Assembly: GCA_965372795.1 (NCBI GenBank)
Contig: CBDVDR010000001.1
Coordinates: forward strand, 283,800-347,799
Direction: 5' to 3'
Origin: an uncultured bacterium
Lineage (GTDB): Bacteria > Zixibacteria > MSB-5A5 > GN15 > FEB-12
Length of the DNA stretch: 64,000 nucleotides
Position 1 is the first letter of the stretch. Each line of letters starts with the position of its first letter. Made by a program: the position numbers and the translations under genes. The notes under the pieces were generated by a model, which worked only from the letters and a program-made list of their open reading frames with translations, had not been told where the DNA came from and did not search any database. This document shows positions 20,219 through 30,684 of this stretch, piece by piece.

Positions 20219-21286
20219 TTAAAAAGCCACCGCTACTGATGAGCGGAATATTTCATATTGATCATCGGGTTCAGAATCGCCAATACCATAAAAATGGTAT
20301 TCACTTTTTAAGAATATTTTTTCTGTTAACGCATAATTAACACCGAACATAAGCAGCTGTTCAGCAGGATGATCTTCATGAATATCATGCAGTAGATATT
20401 CATAAATGATAAATGGAGTTATTCGTTCTTTAAAAGTATAGGCTGTTAAAATGTAAGCGCCTTTTGTTTCTTTAAAAATATTATTAGGTATTTGCTGATC
20501 ATTCAGCAGTTCAACTTTACCATGAATTGCTTCGGATTCGATATGTAATTTACCTAAGTCTGCTTCAAATTCAATTCCAAAAACTTTTTGCCTGCTATTG
20601 AATTCATTGCCGTTTTTCTCAGAATAAAACGAAGCCCCTACTGACATTTGTGATATTGGGAGAGTGACTACTAATCTCCCCCCGATTGCCTTATTAGGGT
20701 TATTATCAGATGAGCCGGGCTCTTCTCCCCGCCCATTACTGATTATAAATTGGTATCGAACTTGCCATTTATTATAATACTGGGTACCTAAGAATTGAAT
20801 TCCGGTCGAGGTTAAAGCGAAGTTACGATCTTCAGTTTCAGTTGCCAATTCATGTTTTCCATAAACACTATGAGGCAGTACTGTTGACAAAAAAGTAGGC
20901 GTAGCATCATGACGTTCGTTATAAATGCCAAAGGGAGTCATAAATTTACCGACCCGCACCCCAAAGTAATTAGCATATTTATATTCAAGAAAGGCTCGAG
21001 CCAGATAGATTTTTCCGGAGAAATTCCCTTCTTCGTGAGAAGGTCCATGCTCCCATTCCAATTCTGAAGTTACTTTAAAATTATGATCAAGTTTATAATG
21101 AGACATAAGATTAAAGTGGTGCTGATCAAAGGTCCAGCTTCTATTACCCTCTTGATTACTAACAGAAGCTTCCATATCAAAGAAACCATATAAATTCACT
21201 CTGGACTGTTGAGCAACGAGATCGACACTTAAAATAAGTATTAGGATTATAATTGTAGAAACTGTTTTTTTTATAAAACAAGCCAT
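20219..21286 (-). CDS. Outer-membrane beta-barrel/porin (OprO/P-like)
   Basis: Signal peptide, alternating beta strands, RVGKFMTPFGIYN motif and terminal Phe (VAVAF). TTG at 21310 is an alternative start. Confidence 0.75.
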   Translation of the reverse strand: MACFIKKTVSTIIILILILSVDLVAQQSRVNLYGFFDMEASVSNQEGNRSWTFDQHHFNLMSHYKLDHNFKVTSELEWEHGPSHEEGNFSGKIYLARAFLEYKYANYFGVRVGKFMTPFGIYNERHDATPTFLSTVLPHSVYGKHELATETEDRNFALTSTGIQFLGTQYYNKWQVRYQFIISNGRGEEPGSSDNNPNKAIGGRLVVTLPISQMSVGASFYSEKNGNEFNSRQKVFGIEFEADLGKLHIESEAIHGKVELLNDQQIPNNIFKETKGAYILTAYTFKERITPFIIYEYLLHDIHEDHPAEQLLMFGVNYALTEKIFLKSEYHFYGIGDSEPDDQYEIFRSSVAVAF

Positions 21287-21356
21287 TGGCCAGCACCCTT
21301 TTAAATTCAAATTCTATTTTTTCGTACTTTAGCAAATACACGATTCACCATAAATC

Positions 21357-21384
21357 TTATCGGGAGATTTTGTAAAAACATTTA
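21357..21384 (-). promoter_or_regulatory. Sigma28 (FliA)-like promoter for the porin operon
   Basis: Minus strand TAAATGTT-N12-CCCGATAA. Confidence 0.45.
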
Positions 21385-21594
21385 CTTCTTTGCCCATAAG
21401 AATTCAACAATTCGTTCTAAATATTTATTTTGTCTGTTTTTGTCAAATTAGTTTAATGTGATAACGAATCACATATTATTCATATAAAGGAGTACTATCT
21501 CTTTTATTGGCATTTAATAATATGTGAGTGGTTCACTCCCCTAACGTATTAGCGGCGGGTAATTTAACTGGAACAAATAAGAGCGTGGGGACTA

Positions 21595-21659
21595 CAAAGA
21601 TATATGTTAACCTGCCGATATTACGATTGATTGACATAAATTTATTAATTGGCTATATT
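21595..21659 (+). promoter_or_regulatory. Tandem sigma28-like and sigma70 promoters for the TSP3 protein
   Basis: CAAAGATA-N11-GCCGATAT (21595-21621) followed by TTGACA-N17-TATATT (21631-21659). Confidence 0.55.
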
Positions 21660-21694
21660 TTCTCTAAGTTAAACAGAATTATTTAAAGGACCTT

Positions 21695-23566
21695 ATGAAA
21701 AACAGAAATTTCGGCGTCAAAGATAGTATATTAAAACTTATAATTGTTACGGTCTCAATTTTTCTCTTCTCAGGAAACCTGTTTGCACAGGAAGGCATTA
21801 TTTCACTGGATCATGTCGATGGATTAATCGCTACCGATACAGTTGGAACCGATTCGGAAATTACTTTTCATATCAGATTTAATAATAACTCCGGTGTGCC
21901 AATCGATGGCTCAACAAATGGCTTTAGAATTTATTCTCCAAACGGTGCAGAATGGACAACTACAGTTGGAACTCCAACCGGTGCAATTACACCATCAATG
22001 TATGATGTCATTTCAGATACTTCAACCAGTATTGATGGAATGCTTGCTGATACTATTGGTTTCGGTGGAGCACGATTCTTAAATCCTGGAATTCCAAATG
22101 GTTTTAACGAAATTGTTTTTACTATTCAAATCGGTCCTATTGGAGATCAGCACCACTTGGGTACTATATGTATTGATAGTTCTTTCTATCCACAAGCCGG
22201 AGCATGGATATGGTCAATTACAGGCAATGATTTAATTCCAACATGGGATGGACCACATTGTTTTACAATTTATGATTGTGACCAAGTCGGTTTGCCAAAT
22301 CCTTGTTCTGATGATGATGATGGTGATACAGTTTTGGATACTGATGATAATTGTCCCTTTGTTCCAAATCTTGACCAGACAGATACTGATGGTGACGGTA
22401 CCGGCGATGCTTGTGTGGATGATATTGATGGTGACGGTGTTATAGATGCTGATGATAATTGTCCGACTGAATTCAATCCTTTGCAAGAAGATGATGACTT
22501 AGACGGTGTTGGCGATGATTGTGACAATTGCCCGACTGAGATCAATCCATTACAAGCAGATTTTGACAATGATAATGTGGGTAACGATTGTGACAATTGC
22601 CCGGTTGATCCCAACGAATTTCAGGAGGATGCCGATGGTGACGGGATCGGTGATGCCTGTGATACCTGTACCGATACCGATGGCGATGGTTATGGCAATC
22701 CCGGATTTCCGGCTAATACTTGTGAAGAAGATAATTGTCCACTAGTTTCAAATCCAAGTCAAAATGAATTTGATGGAGATTTGGTTGGCGATGCCTGTGA
22801 TAATTGTGAATTAATACCAAATAATAATCAGGGCGATACGGATAGCGATGGAATCGGTGATGCCTGTGACAATTGTCAGACTGATAGTAACCCGAATCAA
22901 AGCGACTATGACCGTGATCAAATCGGTGATGTCTGTGATGACTGTACTGACTTAGATGAAATCACAGATCACGGTTTACTAACCGATGGATTTGGCAACC
23001 CCGGATATGATATCAGCGGGTGCCTAGAATCAACTTATGATAATTGTCCTGACAGATGGAATGAATCTCAAACTGACACAGATGGTGACGGCGTGGGAAA
23101 TCATTGTGATAATTGTTTTGAAATTTCAAACCCACTACAGGAAGATTTTGATAATGATAATGTTGGGGATGAATGCGATAATTGCCCCAATGACTTCAAC
23201 CCGCTTCAGGAAGACAGTGATTTAGATGGGATTGGTGATTCATGTATCGTTGTCGGGATTGGCGATTATGATGATATGGAACTGCCTGAGAGTTTTGAAC
23301 TGATGCAGAATTATCCTAACCCGTTTAATGCCGGAACAATGATTCAATATTCGGTACCGCATAAATCAAATGTTAGAATTTCTATTTATAATATACTTGG
23401 ACAAAATGTGATTACGCTTACTGACGAAGTACATTCTGCGGGGTATCATCAGATTGAATGGAATGGTAATAATCATAATGGTAGAGTCACTTCAAGTGGA
23501 ATCTATTTTTACAAGATGGAATCGACAGCAGGAACGATTTCAAAAAAACTTATCATGCTAAAATAG
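21695..23566 (+). CDS. Secreted thrombospondin type-3 repeat protein with FlgD/T9SS-type CTD
   Basis: Signal peptide, many DNCP...N..Q.D.D.DG.GD.CD repeats, MQNYPNPFN...KKLIMLK. Confidence 0.88.
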   Translation: MKNRNFGVKDSILKLIIVTVSIFLFSGNLFAQEGIISLDHVDGLIATDTVGTDSEITFHIRFNNNSGVPIDGSTNGFRIYSPNGAEWTTTVGTPTGAITPSMYDVISDTSTSIDGMLADTIGFGGARFLNPGIPNGFNEIVFTIQIGPIGDQHHLGTICIDSSFYPQAGAWIWSITGNDLIPTWDGPHCFTIYDCDQVGLPNPCSDDDDGDTVLDTDDNCPFVPNLDQTDTDGDGTGDACVDDIDGDGVIDADDNCPTEFNPLQEDDDLDGVGDDCDNCPTEINPLQADFDNDNVGNDCDNCPVDPNEFQEDADGDGIGDACDTCTDTDGDGYGNPGFPANTCEEDNCPLVSNPSQNEFDGDLVGDACDNCELIPNNNQGDTDSDGIGDACDNCQTDSNPNQSDYDRDQIGDVCDDCTDLDEITDHGLLTDGFGNPGYDISGCLESTYDNCPDRWNESQTDTDGDGVGNHCDNCFEISNPLQEDFDNDNVGDECDNCPNDFNPLQEDSDLDGIGDSCIVVGIGDYDDMELPESFELMQNYPNPFNAGTMIQYSVPHKSNVRISIYNILGQNVITLTDEVHSAGYHQIEWNGNNHNGRVTSSGIYFYKMESTAGTISKKLIMLK

Positions 23567-23580
23567 CATATAAAAAAATA

Positions 23581-23645
23581 AAGAGGTTTGAAATTAACAA
23601 ACCTCTTTACCTGCCGGATCCGCCCCCACGATCCGGCATTTTTTG
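23581..23645. terminator. Two adjacent hairpins (likely bidirectional termination)
   Basis: AAGAGGTTTG/CAAACCTCTT preceded by an A tract; TGCCGGATC/GATCCGGCA followed by a T tract. Confidence 0.65.
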
Positions 23646-23671
23646 TTTCCCATCAAATCTGTTATAGCTTT

Positions 23672-23923
23672 TTAATAATACAGTTCTCTCTCAGTATTAA
23701 TTTCTTCACTAATATTGACCGGTTCGATAATTAAACTTGATGATCCTATTTTGGTTAAGCCATCCATAGTTTGAGTTAAAAGACTTGAATTATCCCCCCA
23801 AAATTGGGAGAAGTTGGCTATATCTTTCTCAGAAGTATTTTCTGTCCAGTCGAAGCTTAGTTCATCATAACAGATTGAATTAACAACTACATTTTCTATT
23901 TTAAGAACTAACCTAACTAACAT
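23672..23923 (-). CDS. Small hypothetical protein (83 aa)
   Basis: ATG with purine-rich leader, a sigma54-type promoter ~50 nt upstream and a terminator downstream. Confidence 0.5.
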   Translation of the reverse strand: MLVRLVLKIENVVVNSICYDELSFDWTENTSEKDIANFSQFWGDNSSLLTQTMDGLTKIGSSSLIIEPVNISEEINTERELYY

Positions 23924-23974
23924 ATTTTCTCTTTTTCCTTTGTACTTTTTGTTTCATCTCAACTATCTCAATAT

Positions 23975-23990
23975 TGCAAAAATAATGCCA
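23975..23990 (-). promoter_or_regulatory. Sigma54 -24/-12 promoter
   Basis: Minus strand TGGCATTATTTTTGCA (GG-N10-GC). Confidence 0.65.
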
Positions 23991-24215
23991 TGCCGTTTCT
24001 TGTCAAACAACTCACTTATCTTGTTGATAATAAGCTGATTACAAAATATCGGCAGGGATTTAGCATATTATAAACAGACTATTTTAGGGGAGATTAAACT
24101 GGTAGTATGGGGAGATTACTATATTTTTATATTCTTCCTATCAGATATTTTTATTAAAGTATTATAGTAATTTATACGATGAATTAAAATAAAAGGGAGC
24201 AATAACACCATAGTC

Positions 24216-24233
24216 TTGTGAATTTATTCTCAT
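24216..24233 (+). promoter_or_regulatory. Putative Rex operator upstream of the hydrogenase operon
   Basis: TTGTGAATTTATTCTCAT versus the Rex consensus TTGTGAA-N4-TTCACAA (2 mismatches). Confidence 0.55.
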
Positions 24234-24333
24234 ATAACTTGATTATTGTTATTAAACAAATTAGTTTATTCCCCTTAAAAGATAGTTTTTGAACTGAAAA
24301 TTTAAGGTAATCTGTTAGGCCCAGGAAACAAAA

Positions 24334-25524
24334 ATGACAGGAAATAGTAAAAAAGAACAATCGTTAAAAGTTGATGAGCAATTTGTCATCAATGCAACTG
24401 AGATCACAAAATTATTTGATCTGTTAAAAAAGAAAAAGTACAAACTTCATGGTCCTACGGTTCGTGAAGATGCTATTGTTTATGATTGTATTGACAAAGT
24501 TGAAGACCTTCCGATAGGTTTTATCGAGGAACAGGATGGCGGTCGTTATCGTTTAAAAAAGACCAAGAACAATTCCCTTTTCTCCTATGTTGTCGGGTTG
24601 CAATCATGGAAAAAATATCTACATCTCCCCCGAGTAAAATTATGGGAGGCTGTGCCAACCAAAAAAGGTTTTGAAATAAATTCCGAGTTTCCAAAAGCAG
24701 AGAAGAAGGCTTTTATCGGGGTTCGCTCATGCGAGCTTCATGCAATTGCAATTCAGGATAAAATATTTTTGGAAGGCGAATATCCTGACCCGATCTACAA
24801 ATCTCAACGAGAAAATATTTTTATCGTGGCAGTCAACTGCACCCGCAGCGGAGATACCTGTTTTTGTACATCAATGAATACCGGTCCAAAAGCTGAGAAG
24901 GGTTTTGATCTTGCCCTGACTGAAATAATTAAAAAAGACAAGCACCAGTTTGTCGTTGAATCAGGCTCGGCAAAAGGACTTGAAATTGTAAAACAATTAG
25001 CTTCAACAAAAGCAAAAAATGAAATTATTCAAGAAGCCGAAAAGCTGATTTCTAATACAGCTAATAATATGGGCAGAAAAATAGAAACCAACGATCTGAA
25101 GAAACTGCTTAAAAATAATCCCAATCATCCCCACTGGAATAAAGTAGGCAAACGATGTCTTAACTGTGCCAACTGTACTATGGTTTGCCCAACCTGTTTC
25201 TGTACCACAATTGACGATGTTACCGAATTGACCGGTGCCTCTGCAGAACGAATCCGCCGATGGGATTCATGTTATACTCAGGATTTTTCATATATTCACG
25301 GCGGTTCGGTCAGACCATCAGCATCGGCAAGATATAGACAATGGATAACACATAAACTTTCGAGTTGGATAGACCAGTTTGGAACTTTTGGCTGCGTTGG
25401 ATGCGGACGCTGCATAACCTGGTGTCCGGTAGGCATAGACTTAACCGAAGAAGTAAAAGCAATCCGTGCCAGCGCCAAACAACCAGCCTCAGTCATTACT
25501 GGAGAGGAGACTCATGAAAACTAA
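24334..25524 (+). CDS. Group 3b [NiFe] (sulf)hydrogenase beta subunit (4Fe-4S dicluster)
   Basis: [16 protein letters not shown] and [13 protein letters not shown] motifs; AsrA/HydB-like. Confidence 0.9.
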   Translation: MTGNSKKEQSLKVDEQFVINATEITKLFDLLKKKKYKLHGPTVREDAIVYDCIDKVEDLPIGFIEEQDGGRYRLKKTKNNSLFSYVVGLQSWKKYLHLPRVKLWEAVPTKKGFEINSEFPKAEKKAFIGVRSCELHAIAIQDKIFLEGEYPDPIYKSQRENIFIVAVNCTRSGDTCFCTSMNTGPKAEKGFDLALTEIIKKDKHQFVVESGSAKGLEIVKQLASTKAKNEIIQEAEKLISNTANNMGRKIETNDLKKLLKNNPNHPHWNKVGKRCLNCANCTMVCPTCFCTTIDDVTELTGASAERIRRWDSCYTQDFSYIHGGSVRPSASARYRQWITHKLSSWIDQFGTFGCVGCGRCITWCPVGIDLTEEVKAIRASAKQPASVITGEETHEN

Positions 25525-25981
25525 TTTAAGTCCTTATCTGTTGGAACATCCTTTTATAAAAGGGATGAATCCCAAGCATATCGAGACAATTGTCGGATGT
25601 GCTTCGAATGTAAAATTTGATGCCGGAGAATACCTATTTCGAGAAGGTGATGAAGCTACCGAATTTTATTTTATTCGTCATGGCCAATTAGCTCTTGAAC
25701 TTTATCGTCCCCAAAAAGGCGCTATTGTTGTACAAACTTTGAATCCGGGTGAAGTCCAGGGCTGGGCATGGATATTTCCTCCCCATTATCGCAATCTGGA
25801 TTGCCGGGCAACCGAACTTACCCGGGCTATCGCTCTTGATGGAACATGTTTGCGTGAAAAATGCGAAGAAGACCATGAATTAGGTTATGAACTTATGAAG
25901 AGATTTTCTCATGTCATGGAACAGGAACTTGAATCTTTGAGATTACGGATATTAGACGTTTATGGCAACAACAACAGTTAA
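25514..25981 (+). CDS. Stand-alone cyclic-nucleotide-binding (cNMP) domain protein
   Basis: GEYLFREGDEATEFYFIRHG...PGEVQG cNMP fold with no HTH; GGAGAGGAG SD before ATG 25514. Confidence 0.85.
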   Translation: MKTNLSPYLLEHPFIKGMNPKHIETIVGCASNVKFDAGEYLFREGDEATEFYFIRHGQLALELYRPQKGAIVVQTLNPGEVQGWAWIFPPHYRNLDCRATELTRAIALDGTCLREKCEEDHELGYELMKRFSHVMEQELESLRLRILDVYGNNNS

Positions 25982-26831
25982 AACAAGCAAGACAAGCAGT
26001 ACTGAATCAAATCCAATGCTGCCGGATATATTTGTAGTCGATAAGGCTTACAAAAATACAAAAGATACTTTTACAATTGAATTGATCCCTCAAAAGAAAT
26101 CAGATGGTTTCACGTTTGAACCGGGACAATTTAATATGCTCTACACTTATGGAGTTGGAGAAGTGCCAATTTCCATAAGCAGTGATCCATCAGATGCACC
26201 TCGTCTTATTCATACGATCAGAGCTGTCGGGGCGGTGACCAGAGCTATGATGAAGTTGAAAAAAGGTGCCCAGATTGCTGTTCGTGGTCCTTACGGTGCA
26301 AGCTGGCCGGTTGAGATTGCTAAAGGTCATGATGTAATTCTTCTTGCCGGTGGTATCGGTCTGGCACCATTGCGTCCGGCGCTTTATCATATTTTGAATA
26401 ATCGTGAGAAGTACGGTAAAGTAATAATTCTCTACGGTACAAGAACTCCAAAAGACATCCTTTATCGTAAAGAATTGGAACACTGGCGTTCCCGGCTTGA
26501 TTTATATGTCGATGTTACAGTTGATTCATCAGCTAAGGACTGGCATGGCAATGTCGAAGTTGTAACAAGATTAATTCCGCGGGCAAATTTTGATCCGCTG
26601 GATTGTATCGCCATGATATGCGGACCGGAAATCATGATGCGTTATGGTGCTTTAGCTTTGATGAAACAGGGTGTTTCACAGGATAACATTTATGTTTCAA
26701 TGGAACGAAATATGAAATGCGGAGTCGGGCTTTGCGGACATTGCCAGTTTGGTGATTCCTTCATTTGTAAAGATGGTCCGGTTTATTCGTATTCAGAGAT
26801 AAAAGATATGATGCTAATCAGGGAGTTATAA
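25962..26831 (+). CDS. Group 3b hydrogenase gamma subunit (FAD/NAD(P)-binding, 2Fe-2S)
   Basis: [26 protein letters not shown] and [11 protein letters not shown] motifs. Confidence 0.9.
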   Translation: MATTTVKTSKTSSTESNPMLPDIFVVDKAYKNTKDTFTIELIPQKKSDGFTFEPGQFNMLYTYGVGEVPISISSDPSDAPRLIHTIRAVGAVTRAMMKLKKGAQIAVRGPYGASWPVEIAKGHDVILLAGGIGLAPLRPALYHILNNREKYGKVIILYGTRTPKDILYRKELEHWRSRLDLYVDVTVDSSAKDWHGNVEVVTRLIPRANFDPLDCIAMICGPEIMMRYGALALMKQGVSQDNIYVSMERNMKCGVGLCGHCQFGDSFICKDGPVYSYSEIKDMMLIREL

Positions 26832-26833
26832 TT

Positions 26834-27616
26834 ATGAGCAGCTCAAAAAAACCAAAACTCGCTGTGTGGAAATTTGCATCCTGTGATGGTTGTCAGCTAA
26901 GTTTACTTGATTGTGAAGACGAACTCTTGGCGGTGGCGGAACAGGTTAAAATAGCATATTTCCCCGAAGCATCCCGTGCCTTTGAAAAAGGTCCTTATGA
27001 TATTTCATTAGTTGAAGGATCTATTACAACCCCGCACGATGAAGAACGAATCCATCAGGTTCGCAGAACTTCAAAGTTTTTAATTTCCATCGGGTCCTGT
27101 GCCACAGCCGGCGGGATTCAGGCAATAAGAAATTTTGCAGATGTTAAAGAATATGCATCAATGGTATATGCTCATCCGGAATACCTTTCAACTTTAAAAA
27201 AGTCTACCCCGATTTCTGATCATGTCAAAGTAGATTTTGAACTCAGAGGTTGTCCGATTAATAAATACCAGCTTCTTGAAGTTTTTAATGCTTTGTTAAA
27301 TAACCGTAAACCGATAACTCCACCTCATTCGGTCTGTCTGGAATGTAAATTAAAGGGGAATATCTGTGTGATGGTTGCGCATGGGACACCATGTTTGGGA
27401 CCTATCACCCATGCCGGTTGCGAAGCCATTTGTCCATCGTACAATCGAGGCTGCTATAGTTGTTTCGGTCCGAAAGAGACAGCTAATCCAAAATCGTTAA
27501 GTGATCAATTCATCCATTTGGGTCTGAATCAGAAAGATTTAGTACGCAAATATCGCACCTATAATGCCTATGCTGATGAGTTCAGAAAAGAAAGTGAATA
27601 TCATGAGTCAGAGTAG
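26834..27616 (+). CDS. Group 3b hydrogenase delta (small) subunit
   Basis: [21 protein letters not shown] and C-terminal Cys clusters. Confidence 0.9.
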   Translation: MSSSKKPKLAVWKFASCDGCQLSLLDCEDELLAVAEQVKIAYFPEASRAFEKGPYDISLVEGSITTPHDEERIHQVRRTSKFLISIGSCATAGGIQAIRNFADVKEYASMVYAHPEYLSTLKKSTPISDHVKVDFELRGCPINKYQLLEVFNALLNNRKPITPPHSVCLECKLKGNICVMVAHGTPCLGPITHAGCEAICPSYNRGCYSCFGPKETANPKSLSDQFIHLGLNQKDLVRKYRTYNAYADEFRKESEYHESE

Positions 27617-28895
27617 AACAATAAAAGTTGATTACCTTGCCCGCGTCGAAGGCGAAGGCGCCATGACAATTAAAATGAAGGGTGACCAGGTAACTGACGT
27701 TAAATTCAGAATATTTGAACCGCCTCGTTTCTTTGAAGCATTTTTAAGAGGTAGAGATTTTCGGGAAGTTCCTGATATAACAGCTCGCATCTGTGGCATT
27801 TGCCCTATCGCTTATCAGATGGGTTCCATTAATGCTATGGAAAATGCTCTTAATATAACTGTTGATGATCAGATAAAAAAACTTCGCAGGATGATCTATT
27901 GCGGTGAATGGATCGAAAGTCATGCACTTCATGTTTTCATGCTTCACGCTCCCGATTTCCTCGGTTTTCAGGATGCAATCCAGATGGCGCAGAAACATCC
28001 TGATGTTGTAGAAATGGGCTTGAAGATAAAAAAAATCGGCAACGACATCATGACTCTTCTCGGAGGTCGCGAGATTCATCCAATTAATATGAAAGTTGGC
28101 GGTTTTTATCGAGTCCCGACTAAAGAAGAAATTCAAAAACTGTACAAGCCGTTGAAGTGGGCAAAGGATGCTTCCAAAAAGATGATCAAACTGGTTGCCG
28201 GTCTGCCTATTCCTGAGTTTGAGTACGATTACGAATATGTTTCATTGCGAAATGATCAAGAGTATCCTATTTGTGACGGTCGCCTGATTTCAAACCGGGG
28301 CATCGACATTGACATAAGTGATTTTTCACAGCATTTTGAAGAAGAACATGTAAAACATTCTACTTCACTTCATGCCAAAGTAATTAATCGTGGTAATTAC
28401 CACGTCGGACCTCTAGCTCGATACAATTTAAATTATGATCTGTTACCGAAACATATCCAGAAAATTGCAAAATCAGCCGGTCTTGAAAAGGAATGTTACA
28501 ATCCGTTTAAGAGTATTATTGTCAGGTCGATTGAAACTCTTTATGCTTGTGAAGAAGCCCTTAGGATAATCGAAGAATATGAACCTCCTGAAAAATCTTC
28601 TGTTGATGTCACACCAAAAGCCAGCGTCGGTTTTGGTTGTACCGAAGCTCCAAGAGGAATATGCTGGCATAGTTATGAGATTGATGATGACGGCACGGTT
28701 TTGAATGCCCGGATTGTTCCACCAACATCTCAAAACCAGAAAACAATCGAATCAGACCTTTATGGCTTCGTCAAAAAATACATTAATCTACCTAAAGATG
28801 AACTGACCTGGAAATGTGAGCAGGTGATCAGAAATTATGATCCTTGCATTTCCTGTTCCTGTCATTTTTTAAAATTGAATATTGTTCAGGAATAA
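27603..28895 (+). CDS. Group 3b [NiFe] hydrogenase alpha (large) subunit
   Basis: RVEGEG, L1 RICGICP and L2 [10 protein letters not shown] followed by a cleavable C-terminal tail. Confidence 0.95.
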   Translation: MSQSRTIKVDYLARVEGEGAMTIKMKGDQVTDVKFRIFEPPRFFEAFLRGRDFREVPDITARICGICPIAYQMGSINAMENALNITVDDQIKKLRRMIYCGEWIESHALHVFMLHAPDFLGFQDAIQMAQKHPDVVEMGLKIKKIGNDIMTLLGGREIHPINMKVGGFYRVPTKEEIQKLYKPLKWAKDASKKMIKLVAGLPIPEFEYDYEYVSLRNDQEYPICDGRLISNRGIDIDISDFSQHFEEEHVKHSTSLHAKVINRGNYHVGPLARYNLNYDLLPKHIQKIAKSAGLEKECYNPFKSIIVRSIETLYACEEALRIIEEYEPPEKSSVDVTPKASVGFGCTEAPRGICWHSYEIDDDGTVLNARIVPPTSQNQKTIESDLYGFVKKYINLPKDELTWKCEQVIRNYDPCISCSCHFLKLNIVQE

Positions 28896-28899
28896 ATAT

Positions 28900-29373
28900 A
28901 TGAGTAACGATACTGAAATTCTTGTTATTGGTATCGGTAATGAATTCCGAGGTGACGATGCGATTGGGCTTCTCACCGCGCGTCTTTTAAAAGAAAAACT
29001 TTCAAGCCAAATTACTATCCTTGAAGAAAGCGGCGAAGGCACTCGTCTAATGGAAGTTTGGAAAGGATTTGAGAAGATCATCATTATTGATGCTGTCCGT
29101 TCCGGAGATCAGCCGGGGAAAATTCATCAACTTGATGCTTCCGAACAAAAAATTCCATCTGATTTATTTTATTATTCAACTCATGCTTTTGGAGTAGCCG
29201 AGGCAATAGAGACAGCCCGAGCCCTGAAGAGATTACCTTCTGAAATACACATTTATGGAATAGAAGGCTCCAATTTTGCAATGGGGTCTGAAATTTCCGA
29301 AATTGTAAAAGAAAATATTGCCAAACTTCAACAAATTATTATTGAAAACGAATTTCAGTCAATTTCCAATTAG
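28900..29373 (+). CDS. Hydrogenase maturation endopeptidase
   Basis: GIGNEFRGDDAIG, IIDAV and STH motifs. Confidence 0.92.
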   Translation: MSNDTEILVIGIGNEFRGDDAIGLLTARLLKEKLSSQITILEESGEGTRLMEVWKGFEKIIIIDAVRSGDQPGKIHQLDASEQKIPSDLFYYSTHAFGVAEAIETARALKRLPSEIHIYGIEGSNFAMGSEISEIVKENIAKLQQIIIENEFQSISN

Positions 29374-29501
29374 CTTTGATTAATACCTGAAAATGTCATA
29401 AATACACCCTTCCTCATTTTAAGCTATTTCTTTGCTTATCAGCAACTTACAAAGTCTGACGAATACCTTGTTTGACTAATATTTAATCCCGCACCGGCTG
29501 G

Positions 29502-29528
29502 TAAAGTTCCTGTAATATTAACCGATAT
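29502..29528 (+). promoter_or_regulatory. Sigma28-like promoter for the lipoprotein gene
   Basis: TAAAGTTC-N11-ACCGATAT versus consensus TAAAGTTT-N11-GCCGATAA. Confidence 0.55.
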
Positions 29529-29586
29529 TTAAATCGTAGAGAATAAATTAGAAAAATAAAAAATTAATGCTAAATTAGGAGGTTAC

Positions 29587-30624
29587 ATGCTTAAGAGAAG
29601 CATCTTTTGCCTGACAGGAGTCATTTTAGTACTCGCATTTGGATTATTTACCGGTTGTGGTGATGACACATCAACACCTACCGGTGGATTAATTACCGGT
29701 GCAAATCAATTATCAGAACTTATATCTCTTGTTCAGGAAGTTGCCCCTCCGCTTTATGACGGTCCCGGATTTTCCGGATCTCCATCACTGTCACCGATGC
29801 CGGCCGACAGTTTCTGGCTGGAAGGTGAAACACCATGGATAGGAAAAGCTTTTGGTGATAAATGGCCGATGGCTCTTTACACAAACATTCGCAGAATCGA
29901 CAGCAATATTGTTTTACTTAATTTTGCCTTAGAAAATGGTGAAGGAACACACAACAGAGTAGTCGGAACCGATACAACATCGGTAACAGTAACTTATTCC
30001 GAATTAGCAGATCCAACGGTAGTCCCGGTTGGATTGCAAACCGTACTCGGAGCTACTACAGTTTCTTTACAAAATTACGTCAGAATAGTTGAAGGTGAAA
30101 CAGTCATAGACGCTGCCTTTTCGGTTTCTGATACTGAAAACAGTCTCATGATTTATCATAGCCTCCCTGCAGATGCTGAAGCAGAAATAGGAAGAGAAAC
30201 ACGGGTATTCTATGCTGATCTTAATCTGACTACAGGAATCATAAATTTAGCCGGTGGCAATTACCGTGAAATGGAAGTAGGTTTATTCTATGGATCAGCT
30301 TTCAAATTCGGAAATGATGCTGATAATAACTTTGATTTCAGAATGTCGTATCTGGTAGAAAATCAAACTTATTCATTCTCAATGGTTGAATGCCTTATCG
30401 GCGGCGGTCATAAAGATGATGGATTTGCTATTCGTCATGCAATGTTTATCCCTGCTGATGGACCTTTGAGTGAAAACAATGAAGTTGTATCTGTATTTTC
30501 CGCACCGAACTATACTTATGGCGGAACCGAAGTTTCAGATGGTTTAGCACCATATGTTGCAGATGCCAACCTTTTTGATGTAAATGATTTACCGTCCACA
30601 TGGTTCTCCAACCCATGGGAATAG
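29587..30624 (+). CDS. Lipoprotein of unknown function
   Basis: AGGAGG SD, lipobox FTG-C, beta-rich body, followed by a terminator. Confidence 0.75.
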   Translation: MLKRSIFCLTGVILVLAFGLFTGCGDDTSTPTGGLITGANQLSELISLVQEVAPPLYDGPGFSGSPSLSPMPADSFWLEGETPWIGKAFGDKWPMALYTNIRRIDSNIVLLNFALENGEGTHNRVVGTDTTSVTVTYSELADPTVVPVGLQTVLGATTVSLQNYVRIVEGETVIDAAFSVSDTENSLMIYHSLPADAEAEIGRETRVFYADLNLTTGIINLAGGNYREMEVGLFYGSAFKFGNDADNNFDFRMSYLVENQTYSFSMVECLIGGGHKDDGFAIRHAMFIPADGPLSENNEVVSVFSAPNYTYGGTEVSDGLAPYVADANLFDVNDLPSTWFSNPWE

Positions 30625-30649
30625 ACGCTTAGGTGAGTTTTTTAAATTG

Positions 30650-30680
30650 AAAAAGGACAGGTTTTACCTGTCCTTTTTTT
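30650..30680. terminator. Bidirectional intrinsic terminator
   Basis: AAAAAGGACAGG/CCTGTCCTTTTT between convergent genes. Confidence 0.8.
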
Positions 30681-30684
30681 ATGT

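Noticed and set aside
27603..28895. Selenocysteine-containing [NiFeSe] hydrogenase
   Set aside because: The L2 motif is DPCISC with ordinary Cys codons and no in-frame TGA.
29499..29514. Sigma54 promoter before the lipoprotein gene
   Set aside because: It reads GG-N10-GT rather than GG-N10-GC; the overlapping sigma28-like motif fits better.
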